A DNA stretch of 42,592 nucleotides from a virus (IMGVR_UViG_3300037183_000135:1-42592), one strand, 5' to 3'; numbered from the stretch's first letter, positions 8,648-17,763 are shown. Translations and numbers: made by a program. The notes: generated by a model not told the origin, from the sequence alone.

Positions 8648-10954
8648 CTAAATCTTTACTTCTTTCTCAACCATGGCCACAGAGCAGTCCACTTTCTGAC
8701 CGCCGACATCTATTGTCATAGTGGTATCATCGAGAGTAGGTAGATCTGAGAACCAGACCTGGCCGACGACGATGGTGAACGTGGTCTGAGACACGGAGTG
8801 GAGAAGCTCCCGGGCGCGGGCCCTGGCCGCCTTCGCCTGGCCCTCGAGCCATACCTCCAGGACCTTCTCCTTGGCGGCAGCCTTCAGGTAAATGTCGCTC
8901 GCCAGGAAGGCCTCGACCTCGTCGTAGGTGGCCTTCATGAGCTGGGCCCCGGCGTTGAGCTTGCCCTTCGCGACCGCGGAGCGCAGGTCCTTAAGAGACG
9001 GGAGGGAGGACAGACCCTTGAGGGACACCTTGAGCTCCTTGCTCATGTAGACGTCCGTCGTAGGAGCAACCACACGCTTCGGGTTGAACCCGTAATCCTG
9101 GAAGCCCTGCTCCTTCAACCAGTCCGCGGCAGGGACGCCGTACTTCTCGGCGAACCCCTCGGCCTTCTTGGCCGGGAGGAGCTCCTTGACGAAGGAGTTG
9201 TAGACCTTCTGGGCGGCCTGCACGCGCGTGAGCTCGTAGCAGGTCTCGAAGAAGTCCTTGGCCGAGACCTCCTTGACCATCTTCCGGTTGATGATCGGGA
9301 GAGAGTCGAGAGCGAGAATGTGTTCGCCCTTCTCCCCGTCGTGGTCGCAGAACAGGTTCTGGGACGCCGCCTGGAGCTTGGCGTACGTCTCCTTCGTCAG
9401 GCGGACAGGAAGGGTCTTCACGTTCACGAGGCCGTCCTTCACGACGGTGTAGTTGCGCGTGATGGCCGTGTCGATCTCCTTCGGCAGGAGGTCCTTGAGC
9501 TCCGGGGTGACCCGTCCGGAGATGTCGACCTTGCCAGGCTTCCGGACCTGGACGGAGACGTTCGGGCGGTCCTCGTTGAACACGAGGTTCGAGACGGGGT
9601 AGCCGTCCGGGGCCGGGTACGGCTCGAACTTCAGGGCCTCCTTGCCGGCGGTGATGGCCGCGACGCGGGCGGCGTACTCCGAGATCTTCTTCGCGTTGCG
9701 CTCCATGGCCATCTTGGCCGTGAGCTCGTCCATCTCCTTCTGCTCTTCCTCGTTCAAGATCTCGGAGGAGTCGATGGTCCCGCGGCCGATGCGGTTGTAC
9801 TTGAAGCCCTCGTGCTCCAGGAGCAGACGGTTCCCGTCGTCCTCGGAGAGGATGCGGAGCAGGTCCAGGACGGTGAAGGCGTCGTCCGGAGGAACGAGCT
9901 TCGGGTCGTAGCCGTCGACGAGACGAAGAGAGGGCTCGATGGCGGCCAAGCGGGCGGCATCGACGAACTCCGAGTACTTCTGCTTCCCGAAAAGGCCAGA
10001 AAACTTCTTAATGAAGCGGACATCGCCGGTCGCCTTTAGAAGGGCGAGCACCACGTCCGACTTCATGCGCTGGGCGTAGAGCGAGAGCGCGGCGTAGGCA
10101 GCCTGGTAGTGGACGGCGTCAGGCTTCCCACCCGGCTCGGTCCGGAGGGTCCCGAGGGCGGCCGGAGAAAGGAACCAGATCTCCTTCGTATCCTCGGGAA
10201 CCTGGGCCGCGCCGGCCTCGACGGAAAAGGTGAGAAGGTCGCTCCCGGAGAAGGCATAGGCGAAACCGCCGATGACGTCTCCGGGAACCTTCACCTCGAC
10301 GCGCTTGGCGCCGGACTGGCGCTTCTGCATGGCGTTCTCGAAGGCCGGCGCGTAACGGTCGAAGTCCTCGGCGAAGATCAGGGCGCCGCCGGACTTCTCC
10401 GCCATCTGGGTCAGGAGCGGCCGGTCGGCGTAGTAGCCGTACTCGACGAAGGTGGCCGAGGACACCGCGGCGCCTGCCTTCTCAATAGCTTTCAGAATTT
10501 CGGATCGGGCAGAGCAGTTATCACACCCGTCGGAAAGAAAGATGAGAGACCGCGCGCGATTCGGGTTACGCACTTCGAGACGACCGGTTAACGCCGGGAT
10601 TTCCGAGATCGGCTGCAAAAACCCGGTCAAACCGATCGGCTTCAGCCAACGATCAATAGCTTGCTCAACCGTTTTCAAGTCTGCGAGGGTGGCGACGGGC
10701 TCTGCCTCAATCAGAATCCCGAATTGGCCGAGGCCGCTGAACCAAACGATAGAGATGGTATCTCTTTCGCGAAGAAGCTTCGGGAGTTTTTTCTTTAGCT
10801 GCTCACGAATTTTCGGCAGGTCGTAGGCCATTGAGCCGGAACAGTCGACAATCAAAATGTGATCGGTGTCGCGCTCTAGAGTCTCCAGCTTTGAACCGGA
10901 AACGACCTGATCCACAAGCCAAATTGACGAACTGACCTGATAACTTGTGTTCAT
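8648..10954 (-). CDS. von Willebrand factor A (MIDAS) domain protein
   Basis: ILIVDCSGSM (DxSxS), GLT, LIFLSDG. Start MNTSYQ at 10954 with GAGGA SD. Confidence 0.85.
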   Translation of the reverse strand: MNTSYQVSSSIWLVDQVVSGSKLETLERDTDHILIVDCSGSMAYDLPKIREQLKKKLPKLLRERDTISIVWFSGLGQFGILIEAEPVATLADLKTVEQAIDRWLKPIGLTGFLQPISEIPALTGRLEVRNPNRARSLIFLSDGCDNCSARSEILKAIEKAGAAVSSATFVEYGYYADRPLLTQMAEKSGGALIFAEDFDRYAPAFENAMQKRQSGAKRVEVKVPGDVIGGFAYAFSGSDLLTFSVEAGAAQVPEDTKEIWFLSPAALGTLRTEPGGKPDAVHYQAAYAALSLYAQRMKSDVVLALLKATGDVRFIKKFSGLFGKQKYSEFVDAARLAAIEPSLRLVDGYDPKLVPPDDAFTVLDLLRILSEDDGNRLLLEHEGFKYNRIGRGTIDSSEILNEEEQKEMDELTAKMAMERNAKKISEYAARVAAITAGKEALKFEPYPAPDGYPVSNLVFNEDRPNVSVQVRKPGKVDISGRVTPELKDLLPKEIDTAITRNYTVVKDGLVNVKTLPVRLTKETYAKLQAASQNLFCDHDGEKGEHILALDSLPIINRKMVKEVSAKDFFETCYELTRVQAAQKVYNSFVKELLPAKKAEGFAEKYGVPAADWLKEQGFQDYGFNPKRVVAPTTDVYMSKELKVSLKGLSSLPSLKDLRSAVAKGKLNAGAQLMKATYDEVEAFLASDIYLKAAAKEKVLEVWLEGQAKAARARARELLHSVSQTTFTIVVGQVWFSDLPTLDDTTMTIDVGGQKVDCSVAMVEKEVKI

Positions 10955-10994
10955 TCGATCCTCATCAGACTTTTGGTGACTAATAGAGTGACTA

Positions 10995-11522
10995 ATGGTT
11001 ATACCGAAGAAAAGAAAGTGCACGAAGTGCGGTAAGAAGAAAAAACTGGATTCTGAGTTCAGAAATCAAGTGAACGGAAAGTACGGGAAACAATCTGCGT
11101 GCAAAGAATGTGTCAAGCTCCAGCTAAGGGAGTATAGAAAGACACCTGAGGGGAAAGCGAAACACAGAGAGTACCAGCGCAAACACAGAAAAACGCACGG
11201 ATGTATCGAGAAACGCAAGGGATATAGGAGGACACCTGAAGCGGTATGGAAAACGTACAAGTACGGGGCCGAAAAAAGAAATCTCCTTTTCAGCATACCT
11301 ATCGAGGAGTTCGTTGATAGATTTTGGGAAAAACCGTGTACATACTGCGGAGACCCGATCGAGACGGCCGGAATAGACCGAATCGACAACTCCGCCGGCT
11401 ACACGGCTCTCAACACAGTCCCGTGTTGCTCAACATGCAATTTCATGAAAAGAGACATGAAATGTCAAGATTTCTTGAATCACTGCAAGAGAGTAGCGAG
11501 TCTCGTCGTCATGCGCGACTGA
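10995..11522 (+). CDS. HNH-type homing endonuclease
   Basis: N-terminal CTKC...CKEC; C-terminal CTYCG, GIDRIDNSAGY..N.VPCCSTCNFMK; AT-rich relative to the flanks. Confidence 0.85.
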   Translation: MVIPKKRKCTKCGKKKKLDSEFRNQVNGKYGKQSACKECVKLQLREYRKTPEGKAKHREYQRKHRKTHGCIEKRKGYRRTPEAVWKTYKYGAEKRNLLFSIPIEEFVDRFWEKPCTYCGDPIETAGIDRIDNSAGYTALNTVPCCSTCNFMKRDMKCQDFLNHCKRVASLVVMRD

Positions 11523-11829
11523 AGCGCGGGACCCTCCGGGGGCCCAGGGACTGACATCGGCGGCGGTGCACCATCTGGTGCATTGCCGGCGGCCGGGGGC
11601 GGAGGGGAGGGGGCGCACGGAAATGGTAAGAGGGATGCAGAGAGCCCAAGAAGGCCCTCATGGCGAGGCGGAACTCCTCGGCCTTCGTCCTCGGGGCCCC
11701 GTCGGGAACGTCGCCGTACATGGGCCCGTCGTTCGGACCTGGATAAGGTATGGTTCCGTAGACGATGTAAGAAGAGACGGCGGTGGCGGAGGACCAGATG
11801 GGGACAGTCGTCGTTGTTGACCCGTACAT
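11509..11829 (-). CDS. Hypothetical protein
   Basis: Only plausible ORF filling the gap between the HNH gene and the membrane protein gene. Confidence 0.4.
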   Translation of the reverse strand: MYGSTTTTVPIWSSATAVSSYIVYGTIPYPGPNDGPMYGDVPDGAPRTKAEEFRLAMRAFLGSLHPSYHFRAPPPLRPRPPAMHQMVHRRRCQSLGPRRVPRFSRA

Positions 11830-11846
11830 GGCTAGAGGACCATACT

Positions 11847-12452
11847 ATGATAGTGCTAATATGGTTTCTGAACTTCGGGATCTCGTGGCTCAACGCGTGG
11901 GGCTGCGGCAAGACCTGGAACGAGACAAAGCACTCGGGAGGAGTTCCGCACTTCATGAACTGGATGGGCGCGACGATGTCCGCCTGCGGGTTCAGCTGGT
12001 GCTACATGATCGTACTCTTGGCCGTCGGGTCGGCGATACCGGCCGGGACAGGGCCGGACGCGCACCTCATCCCGCGGTCCGTCGTCGACGTCATGGCGTC
12101 TCTGGAGTACTTGGCACTCGTCGGGCCAATGCTCGGGTCGGGGATAGCCATCACGGTCCACGCGTGGGGCGTCGCGTACAGGCGAAGGAGCTTTGGGTCC
12201 GGGGCCGTGGCCGCTTACGACACCTGGGCGCAGATCTACAACATCCAGGGAGCGATGGACTATGTGCCGGAGGCGACTTCGAAGGTCGGGGACTTCTTCG
12301 AGTCGGACGACTCCGACGACGGCAAATGGCTGATAGTCATCGCCCTGGTGGCGGCAGTCCTCGTTGGCGGGCTGCTCACGACCAGGGCGATAATCCGGTC
12401 GACGGCGAAGTCGACCGCGATGAGCAGGTCGTCCTTCACTCCGGCGGCCTAG
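11847..12452 (+). CDS. Multi-pass membrane protein
   Basis: Start MIVLIWF with GAGGA SD; about 4-5 hydrophobic segments. Confidence 0.75.
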   Translation: MIVLIWFLNFGISWLNAWGCGKTWNETKHSGGVPHFMNWMGATMSACGFSWCYMIVLLAVGSAIPAGTGPDAHLIPRSVVDVMASLEYLALVGPMLGSGIAITVHAWGVAYRRRSFGSGAVAAYDTWAQIYNIQGAMDYVPEATSKVGDFFESDDSDDGKWLIVIALVAAVLVGGLLTTRAIIRSTAKSTAMSRSSFTPAA

Positions 12453-12453
12453 C

Positions 12454-12570
12454 TCAGGCCTTCTTCGCTGCGGGCTTCGCTGCCGCTTTGGCTGCGGGCT
12501 TCGCGGCCGCCTTCTTGGCCGGGGTCTTCTTCACTGCTGCTTTTTTCGCGGTCTTCTTTGCGGTTGACAT
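12454..12570 (-). CDS. 38-aa histone H1-like Lys/Ala/Pro protein
   Basis: Below the ORF-track cutoff. MSTAKKTAKKAAVKKTPAKKAAAKPAAKAAAKPAAKKA; GGAGG SD upstream. Confidence 0.8.
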   Translation of the reverse strand: MSTAKKTAKKAAVKKTPAKKAAAKPAAKAAAKPAAKKA

Positions 12571-12619
12571 ATTGGCTTGTAGCCTCCTGTGGATGACGTT
12601 ACCGTGGAACGCAATAAGC

Positions 12620-12835
12620 GAGAGCGGGAGGTCGCGACGTTATGCTTCGGTTTGATGAGAGCTCGCGGCTCAGTCCTCGGTTCTGAGGGCTGTGGGCTGA
12701 CACTTTGCGGAATGCTGAATGCTAGGATGTCAGTGCCGGTTTGCGGATTGTTGATCCATCTGTAGATGGGTAAACGTCGAGGGTCGCAGGCACCCTGGAC
12801 GCCCGAAGCCCAAGCGTCGTCTCCTCCCGCCCCGC
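12620..12835 (-). ncRNA. Candidate structured ncRNA
   Basis: Three nested closing stems (12624-31/12823-30, 12635-39/12815-19, 12644-50/12803-09) enclose four hairpins. No credible ORF in the gap. Strand is inferred from the neighbouring genes. Confidence 0.65.
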
Positions 12836-12845
12836 AGTCCTCACG

Positions 12846-13352
12846 CTACGCCGCGTGGAGCGGCGTCTCGTGGTTTTTCTTCTCGACGAGGTCGTTCAGG
12901 GCGTCGAAAGACGCCTGGACCTCGTCCACCCTGTCGGACCTGGAGGCCTCGGGGAGGTCGCAGGTCATCGGGATGAGCTTGATGTGGCCAACGCCGTGGA
13001 CGTAGACCGTCTCCTCCTCGTTCGTGCTCTGGGCCGAACGGACGACGAGGCCCTTCAGCCAAGCGAGCTCGCCCTTATACTCCTGGAGCAGCTTCACGGC
13101 GTAGGTGAGGGTCATCGTCTTGCCGCCGAACTCGATCTTCGTGACCGCGTTCGTGACGGCCAGGCGGGCCTCGATGGCGATGAGCTCGAGGCGCGCGGAC
13201 TCGATCCTCTTCACCGTCTCGGCAAAGTTGTACGCGGGCTTCTCCGCGCTCTTGAAGGTGACGGCCGCGGCAGCCCGAGTCTTATACTCGGCAAGCTTTC
13301 CCTTGAGCCTGGCCGCGTTGCGCAGGGCCTGGGAGATGGTCAAGTCAGACAT
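12846..13352 (-). CDS. All-helical protein resembling the DIP1984/DUF6847 family
   Basis: Pattern M.LTISQAL...L...., I..TN..T.I...G..MTL..A...., and L...ID/VE..N near the C-terminus, recognised from memory. Confidence 0.6.
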   Translation of the reverse strand: MSDLTISQALRNAARLKGKLAEYKTRAAAAVTFKSAEKPAYNFAETVKRIESARLELIAIEARLAVTNAVTKIEFGGKTMTLTYAVKLLQEYKGELAWLKGLVVRSAQSTNEEETVYVHGVGHIKLIPMTCDLPEASRSDRVDEVQASFDALNDLVEKKNHETPLHAA

Positions 13353-13410
13353 GACGAAATCCTACAACCGGAGACGAAGGTCGAGGACCCCGTAGCGTAC
13401 GGGACAAACG

Positions 13411-15293
13411 ATGACGAAAGCGATCGTTCCGGACGTCCTTCGGTCGAAGCCACTCGAGAGCGAGGAAGTGAAGACCGGGCAATGGTTCTGGGTCAAGGAC
13501 GGGAAGGACCGATGGTTCGGCTGCGTAGTGACGGTCGGGTCGAACTACTTCGAGATCGAGTCCCCGAAGGGAGGAACCTGTCGAATCCACGCGGACGAGT
13601 TCGACGCAGAGTGCGAGCGGGAGAACGACCCGGACTCGGTCATCGACCGTAACATCGCCGAGGCCGGGGGACAGGTGGAGTCCCTAATGGGGGAGGTGCG
13701 GGCCCTCACAGCAAGGCTGGCCGTAACGGGAGGACATGAGCTCGGGACGGGGGAGGAATGCCAGGCGCTGGCGGTGGCGACCGAAGGAAGGAGCTACAGC
13801 GAGTACAGCAAGTCGCTCGTGAAGGCGAAGAAGGAGGACCTTCCGGCGCTCTTCGAGAAGATCGAGAAGGCGAACAAGTCCATGGCGTCCTGGATGTCGG
13901 CCAAGGTCATTCCCCTGAAGGCCGAGGCCAAGGGCATGAAAGGCGTCATAGGGCAGATAGAGGACCGAGTCTTCAACGTCGAGCTCTACGCCGGGCTGGT
14001 CGAGCAGGTCGTCCTGTGCAAGGACGGGGAGCCCGCCCCGACCGGGGAGAAGATAAGACTCCTCCAGAGGAGGCACTACATGGACGAGGAGTGCCTCGCC
14101 AACTACGAGGTAGGCGGGATGGAGATGAAGGACATCAAGGCCTTCGACCGGTGGATCTGCAAGAAGCAAAACCAGGACCGCCTGCTCCCCTTCCCCGCTG
14201 CGCCGTGGCCTTCCAGGTGAGGAGAAACGAGAAGTGGCGGGAGGGGTGGAGCATAGCCGACTTCCTCCAGATCTTCCACCTGAAGGAGGCGGACAAGACG
14301 ACGTTCCTGTATATGCGGAACGGCGATCGCGTCTACCGGCTGGAGACGCAGATCGAGTTCGGCGAGCAGCTCTTCCCGGACATCCGGCAGCTCCGCCCGA
14401 ACGACGCCGTGTGGGCGAAGGTCTGGTCCAACGGGTCGGTGCAGAGCATCATATCCGAGGGCGAATACCTCGAGAAGAAGAAGCAATCCGAGGCGGAGGA
14501 GGCGGAGCGCAAGCGCGAGCACGCGAGGGCGAAGCCCGAGGACAGGTGGAAGTTCCGGTCATGGGGAGGACGGGCCGACCACGAGGAGTACAAGCCGTTC
14601 AACCAGACGAACGTCTTCTACGACGACATCTCGGCGGAACTGCAGGCCAAGCTGAAGAAGCATAACCGGATAGCGCTCGTGCTCCAGGGCATCCTCGACC
14701 GGTCGCCGGTGTTCCACCCGCACCCCCCGTGGCAGATCTGGACCGAGGCGGGATTCGCCCTGGCCCTCGAGCTCGTCCACGACGACTCGTTCGCCCTCCC
14801 CTCCGGGCCGCCGCCGGACTTCGAGGCCTACCGGAAGAGGCTCAACCTCCAGCTCCGCCCGGGCTGCGTCACGATCGGGCAGCAGGACTTCTGGGGGCGG
14901 CACGAGGCCGAGAAGGAGAACCGGAGGCGGGAGAGCGACCACCGGACGCGCGGGCGCAACTACGAGGTCCACCACTACAGCCCGTACGGGAACCCGGGTC
15001 CCGGGGACCTGGCCCGGCCGGTCCACGTGAACAAGGTCGGGAAGTGCACATACGCGTGGTCCCGGGAGAGACAAGTGGAGAAAAAATGGGGGCAGAGGAT
15101 CGGGGAGCCGATCAAGGTCCGCTTCGACGTCCCGTCCAGAAAGCTTCTTTGCGCGGACGCCTACGAGCGAGGAGACTTCCACCAATTCTTCGACGACCCA
15201 CGCACGAGGACGGACTACCTGAAGTGGGCGCCCTTCCTGCTCGAGGCCGAGGAGTACAAGGCCGGCAACAGGAAGGTCCGGGACCCGGGCTAG
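13411..15293 (+). CDS. Large hypothetical phage protein (~627 aa) split by a -1 frameshift near 14193-14196
   Basis: ORF 13411..14220 reads sensibly to DRLLPFP. The overlapping frame continues RCAVAFQVRR... to 15293. One extra C in TTCCCC restores a single frame. Confidence 0.75.
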
Positions 15294-15302
15294 GCCTTCA
15301 TT

Positions 15303-15380
15303 GTGGAACCAAGAACTTGCAAGAAATGTGGCCGGGAAGACTTAACAGAAGATGATTTCTACCGTCAGTTAGTCTCTTCC
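15303..15380 (+). pseudogene. Remnant N-terminus of an HNH homing endonuclease
   Basis: MEPRTCKKCGREDLTEDDFYRQ resembles KRKCTKCGKKKKLDSEFRNQ of the 10995 gene, then the frame runs into antisense pyrE. Confidence 0.5.
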
Positions 15381-15382
15381 AT

Positions 15383-15976
15383 TCATGGTTCTTCAGGAAC
15401 GAACTCTTCGATACGAAATATCGAGAGCATAGGGACGCCGCCAACGGTCGAACTCGGAACCTCCTTAGACCAAGCGTTTCTACGGTCGACGACCGAGATC
15501 ACACCGAGAACGACATAACCGGCCTCTTGGAGAGCAACTAACGCCTTCAAAGCAGAATTGGCGGTGGTAGTAGTGTCCTCGACCAGGACGACGTCGCATC
15601 CGGACGGAAGGTCAGGGGCCTCGACCAGGTTCTTCGTCCCGTGACCCTTGGCCTCCTTACGGACGTGGATTGCGGAGGCACCGGAGGAGAAAGAAGAGGC
15701 AATACTGGCGAGATGACACCCCCCAAGGGCCACACCGGCGTAGGCGACCGGCTTCCCGAGCTCGGAAGCCTTCGCGAGAATGAGGGCGGCCAGGGGCTCG
15801 GCGGCCTCATGTAAAAGGGCGGTCTTCTTGAGATCGCAATAAACTCGACTTCTATCCCCGGAGGAGAGAGTGAACTCTTCCCCGACCGGGACGACGCGAA
15901 CCGACTTCTCTCGAATGAGAGTCAGGACTTGGGAACGACACTCTTTTTCATACTGACCGTCCGGTTCCATGTTCAT
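15383..15976 (-). CDS. pyrE: Orotate phosphoribosyltransferase
   Basis: FTLSSG.S..Y.D, VRKEAKGHG, PRPP-binding VVLVEDTTTT, VVDR. Start MNMEP at 15976. Confidence 0.88.
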   Translation of the reverse strand: MNMEPDGQYEKECRSQVLTLIREKSVRVVPVGEEFTLSSGDRSRVYCDLKKTALLHEAAEPLAALILAKASELGKPVAYAGVALGGCHLASIASSFSSGASAIHVRKEAKGHGTKNLVEAPDLPSGCDVVLVEDTTTTANSALKALVALQEAGYVVLGVISVVDRRNAWSKEVPSSTVGGVPMLSIFRIEEFVPEEP

Positions 15977-15992
15977 GGGCCAGAGTACAACG

Positions 15993-16106
15993 TCACTTCC
16001 GGCGGGAGTGCCATCCCTTGAACGCCCAGATCGCGGCCTCCTGGACGGCGAGAAGGACCGACACCATGACCATGAACTCCCAAAGGGAGGGGAGCTTCGG
16101 GACCAT
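15993..16106 (-). CDS. 37-aa single-pass membrane peptide
   Basis: Not in the ORF track. MVPKLPSLWEFMVMVSVLLAVQEAAIWAFKGWHSRRK, preceded by GTATCTT-N6-ATG. Confidence 0.55.
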   Translation of the reverse strand: MVPKLPSLWEFMVMVSVLLAVQEAAIWAFKGWHSRRK

Positions 16107-16162
16107 CTTCCAAAGATACTACCGGAGGTCAAGGTCCGAAGAACGAAGCCTGGTCGGGAGGG

Positions 16163-16600
16163 TCATGGCTTCACAGTCTGGAGCTCGTCCGCGGTGGCAT
16201 CACGCGATGCCATGGCCACATCGCAGCGGCCAGCGGCCATCTCCTTGAACGCGGTGCCAGTCCCAGCGCTCCTCACCTCCACGATGAACCTTTCTCCAGC
16301 CAGGGATCCGCTAACGACGACGACAGACGAGGATGACTCCCGGCGGACGTCCGTGGCGCCCTTGGACGAGAGATAGTCCTCAACAAGGGCGGGGGCCAGC
16401 TCGACCCCGATCGTGTTCGAGCCGCACAGGCGGACAGAGGCCGGGCCGGAGACTGGCGCGGGGGCGACCGAGGCGGCAGGCTCCGCCGACGGGACGGAAG
16501 AAGAGAATTCCGGGATCCGGGACCGGAAGGCCAGAAAGACCGTGAGAACGATGACCAAACCAGCGCCGACGATGGGCGCCTTCCTAACTCTTGATGCCAT
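16163..16600 (-). CDS. Membrane-anchored partial PstS-like (PBP) domain protein
   Basis: N-terminal TM helix, Pro/Ala linker, then GSNTIG..LAP.L...GTGTAF...GRCDVAMASR. Stops shortly after this motif. Confidence 0.7.
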   Translation of the reverse strand: MASRVRKAPIVGAGLVIVLTVFLAFRSRIPEFSSSVPSAEPAASVAPAPVSGPASVRLCGSNTIGVELAPALVEDYLSSKGATDVRRESSSSVVVVSGSLAGERFIVEVRSAGTGTAFKEMAAGRCDVAMASRDATADELQTVKP

Positions 16601-16656
16601 GGCCGAAGCATACGAGGGGAAGAGGAAAACCTACAGAATAGGATCCCTTTACCCGG

Positions 16657-16896
16657 CTACGACTCCATGACCTCGCGCGCTATCCGGTGCGCCGTCCTCT
16701 CCCGCTTCCCGGTCCCGCCGCAGCCAGGGCATTTCTTCGGGACGCAGCTGCACCGGCAGCTGTCGAAGACCATGACACCGGGGGTCGAGAGCTCGCAGGA
16801 CGCCACATGATAGTTCTCGCCCGAGCGGCCAGAGCCGTTACAGACGACGCAGACCTTCCGGACCTTCGGGAGGACGCTCTTGGACTTCCGGGACAT
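16657..16896 (-). CDS. DnaJ-type CxxCxGxG zinc-finger small protein with VMES tag
   Basis: CVVCNGSG...CPGCGGTG; ends RIAREVMES. Confidence 0.7.
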   Translation of the reverse strand: MSRKSKSVLPKVRKVCVVCNGSGRSGENYHVASCELSTPGVMVFDSCRCSCVPKKCPGCGGTGKRERTAHRIAREVMES

Positions 16897-16897
16897 A

Positions 16898-17092
16898 TCA
16901 GTGATGGCCGAAGCAGTCGTGCCATATGATGGCGAAGACCAGAAAGAAGGCGACATAGGCGAAGGCCGTCGGCCAGTTCATGTTCTCGCCGAGCTCAAGG
17001 TCGTCTCCGTCGTCGACGGTCTCGACATAGAGGTCTTCGTCCTCGTCGACCTCGTCCTCGTCGTCTTCCTCTTCAATGGGAATAAGGGCCAT
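16898..17092 (-). CDS. Acidic small membrane protein
   Basis: Asp/Glu-rich N-terminus, C-terminal TM helix. Confidence 0.7.
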   Translation of the reverse strand: MALIPIEEEDDEDEVDEDEDLYVETVDDGDDLELGENMNWPTAFAYVAFFLVFAIIWHDCFGHH

Positions 17093-17101
17093 GGAAGGAC
17101 A

Positions 17102-17359
17102 CTACAGCGGGCGAACTCTGACCACAAGCTCGAGGGCGGCCCGGACCGAGAAGACGTGGAGGACGCCCTTCACATCCCGGACGTAGACCGTGTACTCCGG
17201 CGGCATCATCGCCCCGCGCTCGAGGGCGTAGAGCTCCGCCGCGTAGGCGGGCTCCTCCCTGAACCAGTTGGGCGGGGCGGTGACAAGGCGGGTGAGCACA
17301 CCCTCGGGCGGCTCGGTCTCGCCCGGGCCCCAGACTCTGTCGGCGAGGGCCATCGTCAG
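17102..17359 (-). CDS. Hypothetical protein
   Basis: Fills the operon gap; start is uncertain (near MALADR). Confidence 0.55.
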   Translation of the reverse strand: MTMALADRVWGPGETEPPEGVLTRLVTAPPNWFREEPAYAAELYALERGAMMPPEYTVYVRDVKGVLHVFSVRAALELVVRVRPL

Positions 17360-17763
17360 TTCTGGAGCGACGAGAGGCTCGGGGTGTGGGCGACGAGGCA
17401 CGCCTCGAGCGCCGGGAGGTGCGCAGGCTCCACGGAGACGAAGTAAGTGGTCTCAATGTCGCCGTCGAGCATCTCCACATGGAAATGGCCGCTCACCTGG
17501 AGGACACCGTCCTCGTTGAGGAAGAGATGATGCTGGATCAGGAAGCCTGAGAAGAACTCCATACTGTCAGAGTCAGGAAAGACGATGGAGACGATGTCGT
17601 CCGGCCCGCCCGTCTCGCCCCCGGAGGACACGGCGTCCAGGCCGCCCTGGAAAACGTCCATGACGGGAAGGCCCATCGTCAGCATGCCAACGGCGATCCG
17701 GTAGAAGCGGGGCTCCACCTCGACGGAGTTATCCCCGTACGTGACCTCGACCTTTTCCGTCAT
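17356..17763 (-). CDS. Hypothetical protein
   Basis: ATG at 17763 preceded by GTAGTGT-N6. Confidence 0.7.
   Translation of the reverse strand: MTEKVEVTYGDNSVEVEPRFYRIAVGMLTMGLPVMDVFQGGLDAVSSGGETGGPDDIVSIVFPDSDSMEFFSGFLIQHHLFLNEDGVLQVSGHFHVEMLDGDIETTYFVSVEPAHLPALEACLVAHTPSLSSLQN

Noticed and set aside
12620-12835. tRNA, tmRNA or CRISPR interpretation of the structured gap
   Set aside because: No cloverleaf, T-loop or CCA end, and no repeat-spacer pattern. I found no tRNA or CRISPR array anywhere in the window.
15977-16132. N-terminal extension of PyrE in the ORF track
   Set aside because: Better explained by the separate 37-aa ORF at 15993-16106 and a promoter motif before ATG 15976.
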